Assembly (NCBI RefSeq): GCF_006345805.1
Contig: NC_043005.1
Coordinates: 6,758,001-6,822,000, forward strand
From: Octopus sinensis
Lineage: Eukaryota
Direction: 5' to 3'
DNA: 64,000 nt
Shown here: piece by piece, positions 13,650-25,524 of the stretch
How positions within the stretch are numbered: position 1 is the stretch's first letter
Layout: every line of letters starts with the position of its first letter
Notes under the pieces: generated by a model
Told to the model about the DNA's origin: nothing
The model's database searches: none
Seen by the model: only the letters and a program-made list of their open reading frames with translations
Program-made: the position numbers and the translations under genes

Positions 13650-14063
13650 GTATACTCTTTTACTCTTTTACTTGTTTTAGTCAGTTGACTGCGGCCATGC
13701 TGGAGCACCGCCTTTAGTCGAGCAACTCGACCCCGGGACTTTTTCTTTGTAAGCCCAGTACTTATTCTATCGGTCTCTTTTGCCGAACCGCTAAGTAACG
13801 GGGACATAAACACACTAGCATCGGTTGTCAAGCAATGCTAGGGGGACAAACACAGGCATACAAACATACACGCAAACATATATATATATACATATATACG
13901 ATGGGCTTCTTTTTAGTTTCCGTCTACCAAATCCACTCACAAGGCATTGGTCGGCCCGAGGCTATAGTAGAAGACACTTGCCCAAGGTGCCACGCAGTGG
14001 GACTGAACCCGAAACCATGTGGTTGGTAAGCAAGCTACTTACCACACAGCCACTCCTGCGCCT
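13650..14063 (-). mobile_element. SINE family B, full length
   Basis: Family consensus. Confidence 0.95.
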
Positions 14064-14194
14064 ATGTCTGCATTTCTTTGCTCATATTTCACCACTGAAG
14101 TTACTCCTTTGCTGCTCTTACAACTCTGAATTTATTTTCGGTATTTTAGAACTCACTTCTGCATTTCTCCTCTGCCTTTTCCATCCCTAGGTTA

Positions 14195-14328
14195 AGGCAT
14201 TTGGCTTAGTGGTTAGAGTATTCAGCTCACGATTGTAAAGTCATGAGTTCAATTCCTGGTGGCATGTTGTGCCCTTTAGCAAGACACTTTATTTCATGTT
14301 GATCCAATCCATTTGGCAAAACTGAGTT
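14195..14328 (+). mobile_element. Diverged SINE C-like head
   Basis: ggcatttggcttagtggttagag...gagttcaattcc...gcaagacacttt; similar to 22876. Confidence 0.7.
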
Positions 14329-14618
14329 ACCAACCACATGGTTCCGGATTCAGTCCCACTGCGTGGAACCTTGGGCAAGTGTCTTCTACTATAGCCTCGG
14401 GTCGACCAAAGCCTTGTGAGTGGATTTGGTAGACAGAAACTGAAAGAAGTTCGTCGTATGTATGTATACATATATATATGTGTGTGTATATGTTTGTGTG
14501 TCTGTGTTTGTCCCCCCAGCATCGCTTGACAACCGATGCTGGTGTGTTTACATCCCCGTAACTTAGCGGTTCAGCAAAAGGGACCGATAGAATAAGTACT
14601 AGGCCTACAAAGAATAAG
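14329..14618 (+). mobile_element. SINE family B lacking its 3' end
   Basis: Family consensus up to aagaataag. Confidence 0.92.
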
Positions 14619-14983
14619 ACTGCGGCCATGCTGGAGCACCGCCTTTAATCGAGCAACTCGAGCCCGGGACTTATTCTTTTTGTAAGCCCAGTACTTATTC
14701 TATCGGTCTCTTTTGCCGAACTGCTAAGTAACGGGGACGTAAACACACCAGCATCGGTTGTCAAGCAATGCTAGGGAGACAAACACAGACACACAAACAC
14801 ACACACGCATATATATTTACATATATACGACGGGCTTCTTTCAGTTTCCGTCTACCAAATCCACTCACAAGGCTTTGGTCGGCCCGAAGCTATAGTAGAA
14901 GACACTTGCCCAAGGTGCCACGCAGTGGGACTGAACCCGGAACCGTGTGGTTGGTTAGCAAGCTACTTACCACACAGCCACTC
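14619..14983 (-). mobile_element. SINE family B fused tail-to-tail with the previous copy
   Basis: Starts actgcggccatgctggagcacc directly at the junction. Confidence 0.92.
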
Positions 14984-15439
14984 ATTTTTCTCACTATTTA
15001 TACTGTTTTCTTCAAACTTTTTCCTACTTTCCCTTTCACCACCCCACATGCCTCCTTCCTCTCACCTACACACCATTTTCCCACACCGCCATCATCCCAT
15101 ATCACTACACTCCCACATTTTCACGCTTCCACATGTTTACACTCTCCCAAGAAACACACATACATACACGCTTCCCCCTCTGCCCATCTCTATACTTAGA
15201 TGCCCTCTCCTATACATGTACACACCACCCCACCACATCCTTTCTTTCTAACCCCTCATCAAGGAACTGTATTACAACCTGAAACCATGACTTTTTCTTT
15301 CCTTCCAAGACCCTTTTCTCCTCTATTTTTGACCTCATTCTGATGAAAAGGCAAGACTCTTCCCCTTCCTCTTAAAACCTGTCCTTGTCATTTTGTCTTC
15401 CTTTTTTGCTCATTTCTTTATATATATATATATATATAT

Positions 15440-15662
15440 TCTTTTACTCCTATACTTGTTTCAGTCATTTGACTGTGGCCATGCTGGAACACCGCCTTTA
15501 GTCGAGCAAATCGACCCCAGGACTTATTCTTTGTAAGCCTAGTACTTATTCTATCGGTCCCTTTTGCCGAACCGCTAAGTTATGGGGATGTACATACACC
15601 GGCATCAGTTGTCAAGCAATGTTGGAGGGGGGGGGGCGACAAACACAGATACACAAACATAT

Positions 15663-15703
<41 letters not shown>

Positions 15704-15860
15704 CGACGGGCTTCTTTCAGTTTCCGTCTACCAAATCCACTCACAAGGCTTTGGTCGGCCCGAGGCTATAGTAGAAGACACTTGCCCAAGGTGCCACGCA
15801 GTGGGACTGAACCCGGAACCATGTGGTTCGTAAGCAAGCTACTTACCACACAGCAACTCA
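15440..15860 (-). mobile_element. SINE family B
   Basis: Family consensus. Confidence 0.95.
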
Positions 15861-15881
15861 TATATATATATATACATACAC

Positions 15882-16035
15882 AGGCATGACTGTGTAGTAA
15901 GAAGTTTACTTCCAAACCTCATGGTTCCCAGTTCAGTCCCACTATGAGGCACCTGAGCAAGTGTCTTCTACTACAGCTCCAGGCTGACCCAGGCCTTATT
16001 TATAGATTTGGTAGAAACTGAAAGAAACCTGTTGT
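15882..16035 (+). mobile_element. Diverged SINE family B 5' half
   Basis: ggcatgactgtgtagtaagaag...gttcagtcccac...gcaagtgtcttctac. Confidence 0.8.
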
Positions 16036-16152
16036 GTGTGTGTGTATATGTATATATATATATATGTCTGTTTGTCTGTCTGTCTATCTATCTGGCTGTT
16101 TGAATGTCTCCCCCAATGTGGTGTTGAGCACTCATTTTCATTGTTCAACATT

Positions 16153-16154
<2 letters not shown>

Positions 16155-16201
<47 letters not shown>

Positions 16202-16465
16202 TGTGTGTATGCATGTATGTATGTATGTATGCATGCATGCATGTATGTATGTATGTATGTATGTATGTATGTATGCATGTATGCATGTATGTATGTATGT
16301 ATGTATGCATGTATGTATGCATGTATGTATGTATGTATGTATGTATGTATGTATGTATGTATGTATGCATGTATGTATGCATGTATGTATGTATGTATGT
16401 ATGTATGTATGCATGTATGTATGCATGTATGTATGTATGTATGTATGTATGTATGTATGTATGTA
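16155..16465. repeat. (TG)n-(TATG)n microsatellite
   Basis: Directly visible. Confidence 0.97.
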
Positions 16466-16479
16466 TCTTAGGTTGAATT

Positions 16480-18000
16480 GAAAGTACAGTCAAATTTCAA
16501 GAAAGGAACAAATGCTTCTATGTACTTAATTGATATCTTTAATCAAGATGATATTTCCCTTCATTGTTGTTAACATAATCCCCTCTATTTGGCAAATTGC
16601 TCATCCCTAAGGTGCCAAATTCTTTAGGTTTCAAAAGAAACTCAGTGTCATTTTTAACTTCTTCACAATTCATAAACTGTTTTCCCATTAAATAATGTTG
16701 CAATGACCTGAAAGGATGATAGTCAGATGGACCAAGGCCAGCAGAGTTAGGAGGATGAAGCAAAAATTCCATATTAAGTGCCATAATGTTTTTCCTGAGC
16801 AACTTGGACAATGTATGGTCCTGCATTATAAAATAAGAGTGTAGTAACGCCATTTTGGAAGTTTTCAGCGTGCATGAGCAGAATTGGATTTCTTCCGAGA
16901 GGCCGTCGGAAATTCCCTCATGTGCAGAGAACTAGCAACAGCAAAGTTTCCCGAAGCAGACACCGAATTGAACGGACGCGTTATCACATCTCTCTGAAGC
17001 TGCCAACATGTGGCGAAGCTATACTATGCTTGTTCAAGACAGCATTTGGTTCACACCATTTAGCTACAGCGACTAGCTCCCATGGCTACCAGTTCGCCCT
17101 GAAGGAAATATATGTATATATATTATTGCAAATCCAGAAAAATAAATATTATTTATGCTGTTGAAGATATTCAAAGTCTTAGTTTTCCTTCGGCAAATAA
17201 TTTAATGTAATGGGATGAGACCTGCACCCCTCACGTGTTCCTGACCTTTCATCCTTGTTACAAGAGTAATACCCTTTTACGACTGACCAATGATGGGTGC
17301 TTTTTCTGCAAATTTTTGTGGAATGCTTCTTGTCCTCAACTGTAACATTTTGGTTTAACATTTTATGATAGACAAAACCCTTCACATCTCACTAAACACA
17401 GAACATAACTTTCTCAGTTAAATCCTGTTTTTTTTGTTGGTAGGCAACTATTAGAGTTTTCACTGTATATGATTATAGAGAACTCACATTTTATCACTTG
17501 TGATGATTCTACCCTGGAAAGTTTTGGTAGCAAGTCTGGTCTTCAATTAATATCAGAGAGCAACACTTTCATTTAGCAGAGAAGCGGTCAGATGATGAAG
17601 GACTTATTGACCAAATTTACACACTTTTCCTTGTTCATGAAAGTGTTTTATGATCAAATTGTGACTTTAATTGAACTGTTTTGCTAATGCTTGTGCAGTT
17701 TGCTTTGGATTTTTGTAAACTAAAGTTTTCAGAGGCTCAATACTGGAAAAAACTTGGTCGTCCAGATTGAGGGGACTCTGTTCATAAAGATTTCCCAAGT
17801 GCAACTGGCCAAACCATTGCTGGGATATCTGGACACTTAACACTTCCTTTCCATATGACAGAATGAATATTTCTTGCTGCTTACATTGCTGAAGAGCCCC
17901 TTTTGAACTCATTCAACATGCAATGTATGATGTGGGTCTGGTCTAAACTCACTTTAAAGGACAAAATTGATATGTATTTAAACACTACCGTATGAAGCAA
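16480..18000 (-). mobile_element. Near full-length decayed mariner transposon, interrupted by a solo LTR
   Basis: C-terminus HPPNSAGLGPSDYHPFRSLQHYLMGKQF...N.EGKY; middle MKGFVYHKMLNQNVTV; N-terminal HTH-like QWFGQ...LKTLVYKNPKQTAQALAKQFN. Confidence 0.9.
16840..17262 (+). mobile_element. Solo LTR (423 bp, Gypsy-type 4-bp TSD)
   Basis: Begins TGTA, ends TACA; AGAG on both sides (16836-16839, 17263-17266); AATAAA near 17140; GC-richer than host; removal restores mariner RKRVLLLFYNAGPY (LLHDNARPH-like). Confidence 0.85.
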
Positions 18001-18149
18001 CCTGCAAAGAAATAAAAACAAACATTAGAATGCAACAAGGAGAGCTTATTTTACCTTAAGTATCGAAAAAGTATCTTCAAATTAATCATCATATCAAACA
18101 TGCAACAAGATTTTACATGTATGTATGTATGTATGTAATATATATATAA

Positions 18150-18660
18150 CTAGCAGTATCGCCCGGCGTTGCTCGGGTTTGTAAGGGAAATAACTATATA
18201 AGCATTTTTAGAGAGTTACTTCCCTTATAGATGCCAATTCGGGCTTTCTTAGCCATTTTTGTTTTGGTGTCTTCAAGCCATGAAGTCGTTGTTCTAAAAG
18301 AACGCTGGTCTCCTTCACAACGCATTACGACGTTGATTTCTTACACTCCCTTCCCCACAGCTTCACGAGGGAGGGAAGGGGGAGAAGCAAACAGGTGCAG
18401 CTGTGAGCGTGGACGCCAAATCCGCCGCCATCGACACACGATGCATTTTATGCATTAAAATGGAATAAAAAATGATGTTAAATTATTTTTAAAATCGTAG
18501 ACTCATCGTTGACGCGCGCTAATAGTCAGACGGGCTCGATATGAATCACGACTATAAGATACCCGAATTTGGTTAAACTGCACCGCAAAATGTGGGAGGA
18601 GTTAGGAATCTAAATCGAAGGGGACAGACACTCACACAACTACAGTTTTATATATATAGA
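18150..18660 (-). mobile_element. Non-autonomous Helitron
   Basis: Minus strand 5'-TC...cccgagcaacgccggg hairpin...CTAG-3', inserted between A and T, no TSD. Confidence 0.88.
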
Positions 18661-18699
18661 TATATGTACACATACACATATATATATGTACACATATAT

Positions 18700-18894
18700 A
18701 GGTGCAGGCTTCCTATACGCATGGTTCCAGGTTCAGTCCCACTGCCTGGTAACTTGCACAAGTGTCATCTACAATAGCCTTGGGCTGACCAAAGCCTTGT
18801 AAGCAGATGTGGTAAATGGAAACTGAAAGAAGGCCTCATGTGTATATATATATATATATGTGTGTGTGTTAATATATATATATATAGTATATAT

Positions 18895-18925
<31 letters not shown>

Positions 18926-19290
18926 GTGTATATATATATTATATATATTATATATATATACATATATATAATATATATATATACATATATATTATATATA
19001 TATATATATATATATTATATATTATATGTGTGTGTGTGTGTGTGGTGTAGGTATGTATGTATGTAGTTATGTGTGTCTTTGAGTCTGTGTTTGCCTCCAA
19101 CACCATTGCTTGGCAACTGATGCTGGTGTGTGTATGTCACTGTAACTAAGTGGTTTGGCAGAAGAGACTGATAGTATAAGTACCAGATTTATAAACAATA
19201 GGTCCAGAGGTTGATTTCTTTGACTAAAAGACGGTACACCTGCATGGCCCAATCAAATGACTGAAACAAGCAAAAAGGTAAAAAGAATAT
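18700..19290 (+). mobile_element. SINE family B with expanded internal (TA)n
   Basis: atggttccaggttcagtcc...(TA)n...atgactgaaacaagcaaaa. Confidence 0.88.
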
Positions 19291-19299
19291 ATTGTTTTA

Positions 19300-19482
19300 T
19301 TTTTTTCAGTCATTTGACTGTGGCCATGCTGGAGCACCACCTTTGGTCAAATAAATTGACCCCAGAACTTTATCTTTGTAAGCCATAATTTATTGGTCAT
19401 TTATGCCAAAGTACTAAGTTATGGGTTATGGTGACGTAACACCAACATCAGTTGTCAAGCTTTGGTGGGGGTACAAACACAC
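19300..19482 (-). mobile_element. SINE family B 3' half
   Basis: ttcagtcatttgactgtggccatgctggagcacc... Confidence 0.85.
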
Positions 19483-19830
19483 ACTATACTGCGTTTGAAA
19501 TTTATTATCTTGTCTGTAATATATATATGTGACAAGAGGTAAAAAGGATTAGTTTAATTAATTATTTAGAAAGCGCTCGATGGCTAATTGAACTTGGTTA
19601 ACTACATCAAACAATCAGAGGCCAATAAATTCAAATAGAATTAACAAATAAGGATATGATACTCTCACAACTGAAACAAGTATCTAGGGAGAGTCATTAA
19701 AGCCAATGCATGTATTTAATATTATTGGTGTAATGACCTTTCCAAGATCCAACAAAATTTGCTTCAACTCACAAGTTCACATCAAGAATCTTGCAAACCA
19801 AATACAAAGTTGAATTGTAATATATATAAC

Positions 19831-20220
19831 AGGTGCGGGAGTGGCTGTGTGGTAAGTAGCTTGCTTACCGACCACATGATTGCAGGTTCAGTCCCACTGC
19901 ATGGCACCTTGGGCAAGTGTCTTCTACTATAGCCTTGGGCCAACCAAAGCCTTGTGAGTGGACTTGGTAGATGGAAACTGAAAGAAGCCTGTCGTATATA
20001 TGTATATATTTATATATATATTTGTGTGTCTGTGTTTGTCCCCACCACCAACACCATGGCTTGACAGACTGATGTTGGTATGTTTACTTAGCAGTTTGGC
20101 AAAAGAGACTGATAGAATAAGTAAAGGCTTACAAAGAATAAGTCCCGGGGTTGATTTGTTCGGCTAAAGGTGGTGCTCCAGCATGGCTGCAGTCAAATGA
20201 CTGAAACAAATATAAGAATA
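19831..20220 (+). mobile_element. SINE family B
   Basis: Family consensus. Confidence 0.95.
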
Positions 20221-20286
20221 TATAGTATATATATGTATATATAACAACATAAACAAACATGTACAAGTATTGTTCATTCTGAGATC

Positions 20287-20692
20287 AGGAGTGGCTATGT
20301 GGTAAGTAGCTTGTTTACCAGCCACATGGTTCCGGGTTCAGTCCCACTGCGTGGCACCTTGGGCAAGTGTCTTCTACTATAGCCTCGGGCCGACCAAAGC
20401 CTTGTGAGTGGATTTGGGAGACGGAAACTGAAAGAAGCCTGTCGTATATATGTATATATATATATAAGTGTGTGTGTATATGTTTGTGTGTCTGTGTTTG
20501 TCCCCCTAGCATTGCTTGACAACCGATGCTGGTGTGTTTACGTCCCCGTCACTTAGCGGTTCGGCAAAAGAGACCGATAGAATAAGTACTGGGTTTACAA
20601 AGAGTGAGTCCCGGGGTCGAGTTGCTCGACTAAAGGCAGTGCTCCAGCATGGCCACAGTCAAATGACTGAAACAAGTAAAAGAGTAAAGAGT
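20287..20692 (+). mobile_element. SINE family B
   Basis: Family consensus with (aagagta)n tail. Confidence 0.95.
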
Positions 20693-21139
20693 TCTTGATC
20701 ATACTTAACCCAATGAAGCAGCGACAGGCAGTCATTGAATATTACTCAAATGCATAGCAATCATGAAGAGTGATGTTACATGAGGCAATATGAATGAGGA
20801 CCCAGCAACATAAAACTGATGTGGGCTGCAGAAATGTACATTGTGAACCACTAATGAAATGGGATGGTAACTTCCATCCTTGTGTTAGTTTGCTTTCCAT
20901 TCTTATTTTGGGGGTTTGATAAAATAAGTACAGATTGAGTACTGGGGGGCAACGGAATCGACTTAACCCTCCCCCAAAATTGCTGGCCTTGCATCAAACT
21001 TTGAAATCATCATTTTATATATATGCATACACACACACACACACATACATACATATATGTATGTATGTACATATACACATGTATATATATATGCATATAT
21101 ATGTGTGTTTATATATATGTATGTGTATATATATCTGTT

Positions 21140-21356
21140 TGTTTATTGCCCACATAGAGGGGACAAACAAGGACAGACAAATGGATTAAGTCGATTACAT
21201 CGACCCCAGTGCGTAACTGGTACTTAATTTATCGACCCCGAAAGGATGAAAGGTAAAGTCGACCTCGGCGGAATATGAACTCAGAACGCAACGACAGATG
21301 CAATACCGCTAAGCATTTCGCCCGGTATGCTAACGTTTCTGCCAGCTCGCCGCCTT
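21140..21356 (-). mobile_element. SINE family A
   Basis: ...gccagctcgccgcctt is the reverse complement of the head. Confidence 0.92.
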
Positions 21357-21444
21357 ATGTGTATATATATCTATATATATGTATGTATGTGTATATATAT
21401 ATGCATGTATATATACACATATATATATATATTATATACACACT

Positions 21445-21490
<46 letters not shown>

Positions 21491-21925
21491 TACACAAATG
21501 TACACATTTTGGAAAATATGCGTGTGATTTTCTTCCTATGTTTTCATAACATCTGATAGTTGTAAACAAGTGTTACCATTGTACAACACATGTCTTTACT
21601 TTCAATCTCCCATGAAAATATGCCTGCCTCTGTTCAAGTAGTACCTTGCTTAAAAACAAAGGAGTGCTGGTCACTGGAAGGTTATATCATCCAGCTTTAG
21701 AAAACTTGCTTGAATTAACGTCCAATGATCCAAGCATGCATAGTTAAGTGGTTGTGATTACCATGATGATGATGATTATGGTGATACAAATAAGTGAAAA
21801 TTGAGTTTCTATACTAAAATATTACATATGTAAAATAAACATACGGTTTGCACAACTGCTATATATCATTTCTATAGACTCCTCTATGGGTTTCTGGCTA
21901 CCCCTTTCTTGATTCAAATATTTCT

Positions 21926-21967
<42 letters not shown>

Positions 21968-22179
21968 TATATATAATTATATTGAGGGAATAAAATCCAA
22001 ACTTACAAGGAAAAAAATTCAATTGTGAAATACTAAGTCAAATTTCACACAATATAAAATATATATAAAAAAGTTAGAATATATATCAATTTGCATTGAT
22101 AAAAGGTATTTTTTTTCTAATTTATATATATATAAACGATGATGATGATGATGATGATGATGATATTTATATATATATA

Positions 22180-22345
22180 ATAATCAACCGAAATTTCAAG
22201 GATAATCTGGTCCTTGAGTGAAGATAGAAAATTTCGAATGACCCGTCTTTGTTTTCTTAGTATCGTCTATCTGGATGTTTTGTCGTCCCTTTTTTGTATC
22301 ACATAGTTGTCCGGATGTTTTGCGTTCTTGTCCATTTTGTATTTA
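22180..22345 (+). mobile_element. Short repeat of the family also at 31322-31620 (-) and 53595-53635 (-)
   Basis: gatgttttgcgttcttgtcc(c)attttgtattt end and ccgaaatt...ttga(c/g)tgaaga motif shared. Confidence 0.7.
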
Positions 22346-22771
22346 TATATATGAATATATTATATTATATAGATATATATATATATATATATATATCATA
22401 TATATAATACATATATATATATATATACACACACATACACTCTTATATGCGTGCATGCATGCATCCATCCATACAGACATACTTGTTGAGGCAAATTTTC
22501 TATAGACAGATGAGGCCAATCCTTAACATTTCCAAAGCAGAAAATATTTCCCCTGCCTAGAATATTTTTCAGAAGACTGGAAATGGACAAACTTTCTTCT
22601 ATGAGGGGAATGTTCATTTACAGCCAACACATTATGACTACCAGAATACACATACATACATAAATATTAAATACATGCACACACACACATATATGTATGT
22701 ATATATACACACATACATACATATATACATATATACATATATTATATATATATCCATATATATATATACAT

Positions 22772-22843
<72 letters not shown>

Positions 22844-22875
22844 TATATACTATATATATGTGTGTGTGTGTGTGT

Positions 22876-23130
22876 GTGGAGGCACGTGGCTTAGTGGTTA
22901 GGGTGTCAGCATCATGATCGTAAGATTGTGTTTCAATTCCTGGACTGGGCGACGTGTTGTGTTCTTGAGCAAAACACTTCATTTCACATTGCTCCAGTCC
23001 ACTCAGCTGGCAAAAGTGAGTAACACTGCGAAGGACTGGCGTCCTGTTCAGCTAGGGAACACATACGCCATTGAAACCGGGAAACTGGGCCCATGAGCTT
23101 GGCTAGGCTTTAAAAGGGTGCATTTATTTT
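22876..23130 (+). mobile_element. SINE family C-related, tail type 4
   Basis: gtggaggcacgtggcttagtggttaggg...tttcaattcc...gaaaccgggaaactgggcccatgag. Confidence 0.85.
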
Positions 23131-23155
23131 TATTTATATATACATATATATATAC

Positions 23156-23864
23156 ATTCATAAATGAGGGTGAAAAATTAGATATTCAATTTAATAATAC
23201 CATCAGTTGAACACCAAGTGGCCTAGCACATAAAAACCAGGGAGAAAATACAAATTTATACGTAAATATAAGAGGGTTACCGTGAAGTGGTTAACTCTAG
23301 TGCTAGAAATAGCTCCTTATTCTGGTATAGCCACCGAAGTTGTTTCCACAAAAAAAATAACATTACCTTCAACGTAAGGAAAGTGAAATACAACGAAAAG
23401 ATAGATTAATGCTGAACAATTGTTTCTTTATCAATATAATATGCAATTATACTCACATATTTGTCTATAAGTCATCAGCAGCATTTGACTTCGATACAAT
23501 TTATTAGACTCTCATGGGCGATAAATACCCATGCGGTCCAATCGATTGCATACATAGTTGTGATTTAGCTTCCCCGCCAAAAGCATGGTAAGACTTAGTG
23601 GAAACGAATACTGCATATAATATTTACTGCAGTATATTAAAATTATAAAATTCATAAATGAGGTGAAAAGTAGATATTAATTAATAATACCTCAGTTTAA
23701 CACCAATGGCCTAGCACATAAAAAACCAGGGAGACAATACAAATTTATACTAAATATAAGAGAGTTACCGTTAAGTGGTTACTCTAGTGCAAGAAATAGC
23801 TCCTTATTCTGGGTATAGCCACCAAAGTTGTTTCCACAAAAGAAATAACATTACCTTCAACGTA
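23156..23864 (-). mobile_element. Partial-tandem HHR element (494-nt unit plus about 215-nt repeat)
   Basis: 23156-23376 is repeated at 23650-23864; HHR at 23408-23485. Confidence 0.8.
23408..23485 (-). ncRNA. Type I hammerhead ribozyme motif
   Basis: Minus: AATGCTG-CTGATGA-stem II-GAAAC-AATT-GTT-CAGCATT; perfect 7-bp stem I, palindromic stem III, GUU site. Confidence 0.85.
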
Positions 23865-23998
23865 TATATATATATAATATATATATATATAAAGTGGCGG
23901 AGAGTGTTTATGCTAAAATAAGAGTTACATTAACTCTAAAGCCACCAAAGACCTGTACTTAGTGACTGACAAAGGAAGGTAAGTCCCCAGTGTACACA

Positions 23999-24053
23999 GC
24001 TGTATCACAATTTCGAATTTTGGGTGCAGACCACCTTAATTCTCATCAGCAAC
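23999..24053 (-). ncRNA. Type I hammerhead ribozyme motif
   Basis: Minus: GTTG-CTGATGA-GAATT.GGTG..CACC.AATTC-GAAAT-TGTG-ATA-CAGC; all three stems pair, AUA site. Confidence 0.82.
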
Positions 24054-24191
24054 TCTTAACACCTAGGGTTAAATTCAACTTCCTTTGTCATTCTTATAAG
24101 AAACACTTTTGAAACCATGTGCTGATTGCTAATAAGCCACATTTATTGTTTTGAAAATCAGCACACGATTATAACGGTGTTTCTTATAAGA

Positions 24192-24848
24192 TTGTTAAAG
24201 TTGTATTTCGGTAATATCAACCAATCAATGACGTGTATTCAGCTGAATAAAATTACTGTCGTTGTTTGTCAACAACAACTATCGGTGGTGTATATTTCGT
24301 TTGTCACTGTTATTTATGACATATTTCATCTCAGTTACGTTTGTATGAATAAACGAGTATATCTGAAGCATGTTTACTTCATGGCACCACCATAATCGTT
24401 CGTGCTTCATTTTTCCTTTTTTACGTAACTCTAACCCTAAAACCCTAACCCTAACTGTAACTCTAAAACCCTAACCCTAACTCTAAAACCCTAGCCCTAA
24501 CCCTAAAACCCTAATCCTAACCCTAACCCTAAAACCTTAAAGCTAAACCAGTGCAAATGCACGAACGATGTCATAAATAACAGTGACAAACGAAATATAC
24601 ACCGCCAATAGTTGTTGTTGACAAACAACGGAAGTAATTTTATTCAGCTGAATACCCGTTATTGATTGGTTGAAATTACCGAAATACGACAACTTTAACA
24701 AGAAATAACTTCCTAAATACAGAATTTTCTCAACAATGCCAAGCGTAAAAGATGTTTTATGTGACACATTCTACAAGCATACGAAGTTTGAAAGTGTTTA
24801 GTTACAAAAAGTTATTTTTTAAATCTGTCGGTCAAAAGGTAAAGACCC
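24192..24848. mobile_element. Fold-back/long-TIR element with internal telomere-like (CCCTAA)n
   Basis: Arms 24192-24322 and 24568-24701 are reverse complements; degenerate CCCTAA array at 24427-24541; right arm extends to 24848. Confidence 0.8.
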
Positions 24849-25480
24849 CTGAACCCAGAAGCATGTGGCTGGGAAGCAAACTTCTTACCACGCAGCTACT
24901 CCTGCGCAGTGGTGGCTCGTAGATAAGATTAGTGGGGGTTGCTGCTTCAAAAAATGTTTAGCCGTTGTTTTAATGATGTGTAAAAGGAAACAAACATATA
25001 AAAAGAAAATTTATACATAAACTTGATTGATTCGCGTTTTAGCTACTGCCTGGTAGTGTGTTTAATTTGTTCACTGAACATCGCCGCTAATTCCTCCTTG
25101 TTTTTCAAAACCTCCTCCTAAATCACAAAATATGGGGGTGGGGAAACGTACCCTATTTTTCAAATCCTGGCAGCAACACTGAAGCTGGAAGCAGGATAAT
25201 CTATTTCTACACTTTATCACATTCAAGAATATAAACACGTTTTTAAGCATAACACTACCTTTCGCCCGGCACTATCGTTCACGCACTGCTCTCTCTCTCT
25301 CTCTAGTGTGAAGCGTCCTATCTCGGACATGTGAGCATGCGCACAACAACTAAATACCGTGTCGCTAGAACTATGAAGCGCACAGTGCTATACAAGGATT
25401 TTTGTATTTTTTTCATAAACTGGGGTGGGTGGGTGGCTACTGACATTAAGCTTAAGGATTATATAAGGTACAAGTATAAA

Positions 25481-25524
<44 letters not shown>

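Noticed and set aside
15336-15385. CTGATGA...AAAAC-CT-GTC
   Set aside because: GAAA is mutated and stem I does not pair. Similar relics at 40275-40315 and 47183-47245 were also too decayed to count.
16874-17164. 96-aa ORF with non-repetitive composition
   Set aside because: Lies wholly within the solo LTR; no recognisable domain.
20640-20692. SINE B tail cagtcaaatgactGAAACaaGTA as a hammerhead
   Set aside because: Has a stem-loop and GAAAC..GTA but no CUGANGA and no stem I; better explained as a LINE-type 3' stem-loop plus tandem tail. The same applies to 36812-36855.
24427-24541. True telomere or chromosome fusion site
   Set aside because: Short, degenerate, single orientation and enclosed by element arms.
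24907-25440. CAGTGGTGGCTCGT start resembling a hAT TIR
   Set aside because: No matching opposite terminus or TSD located.
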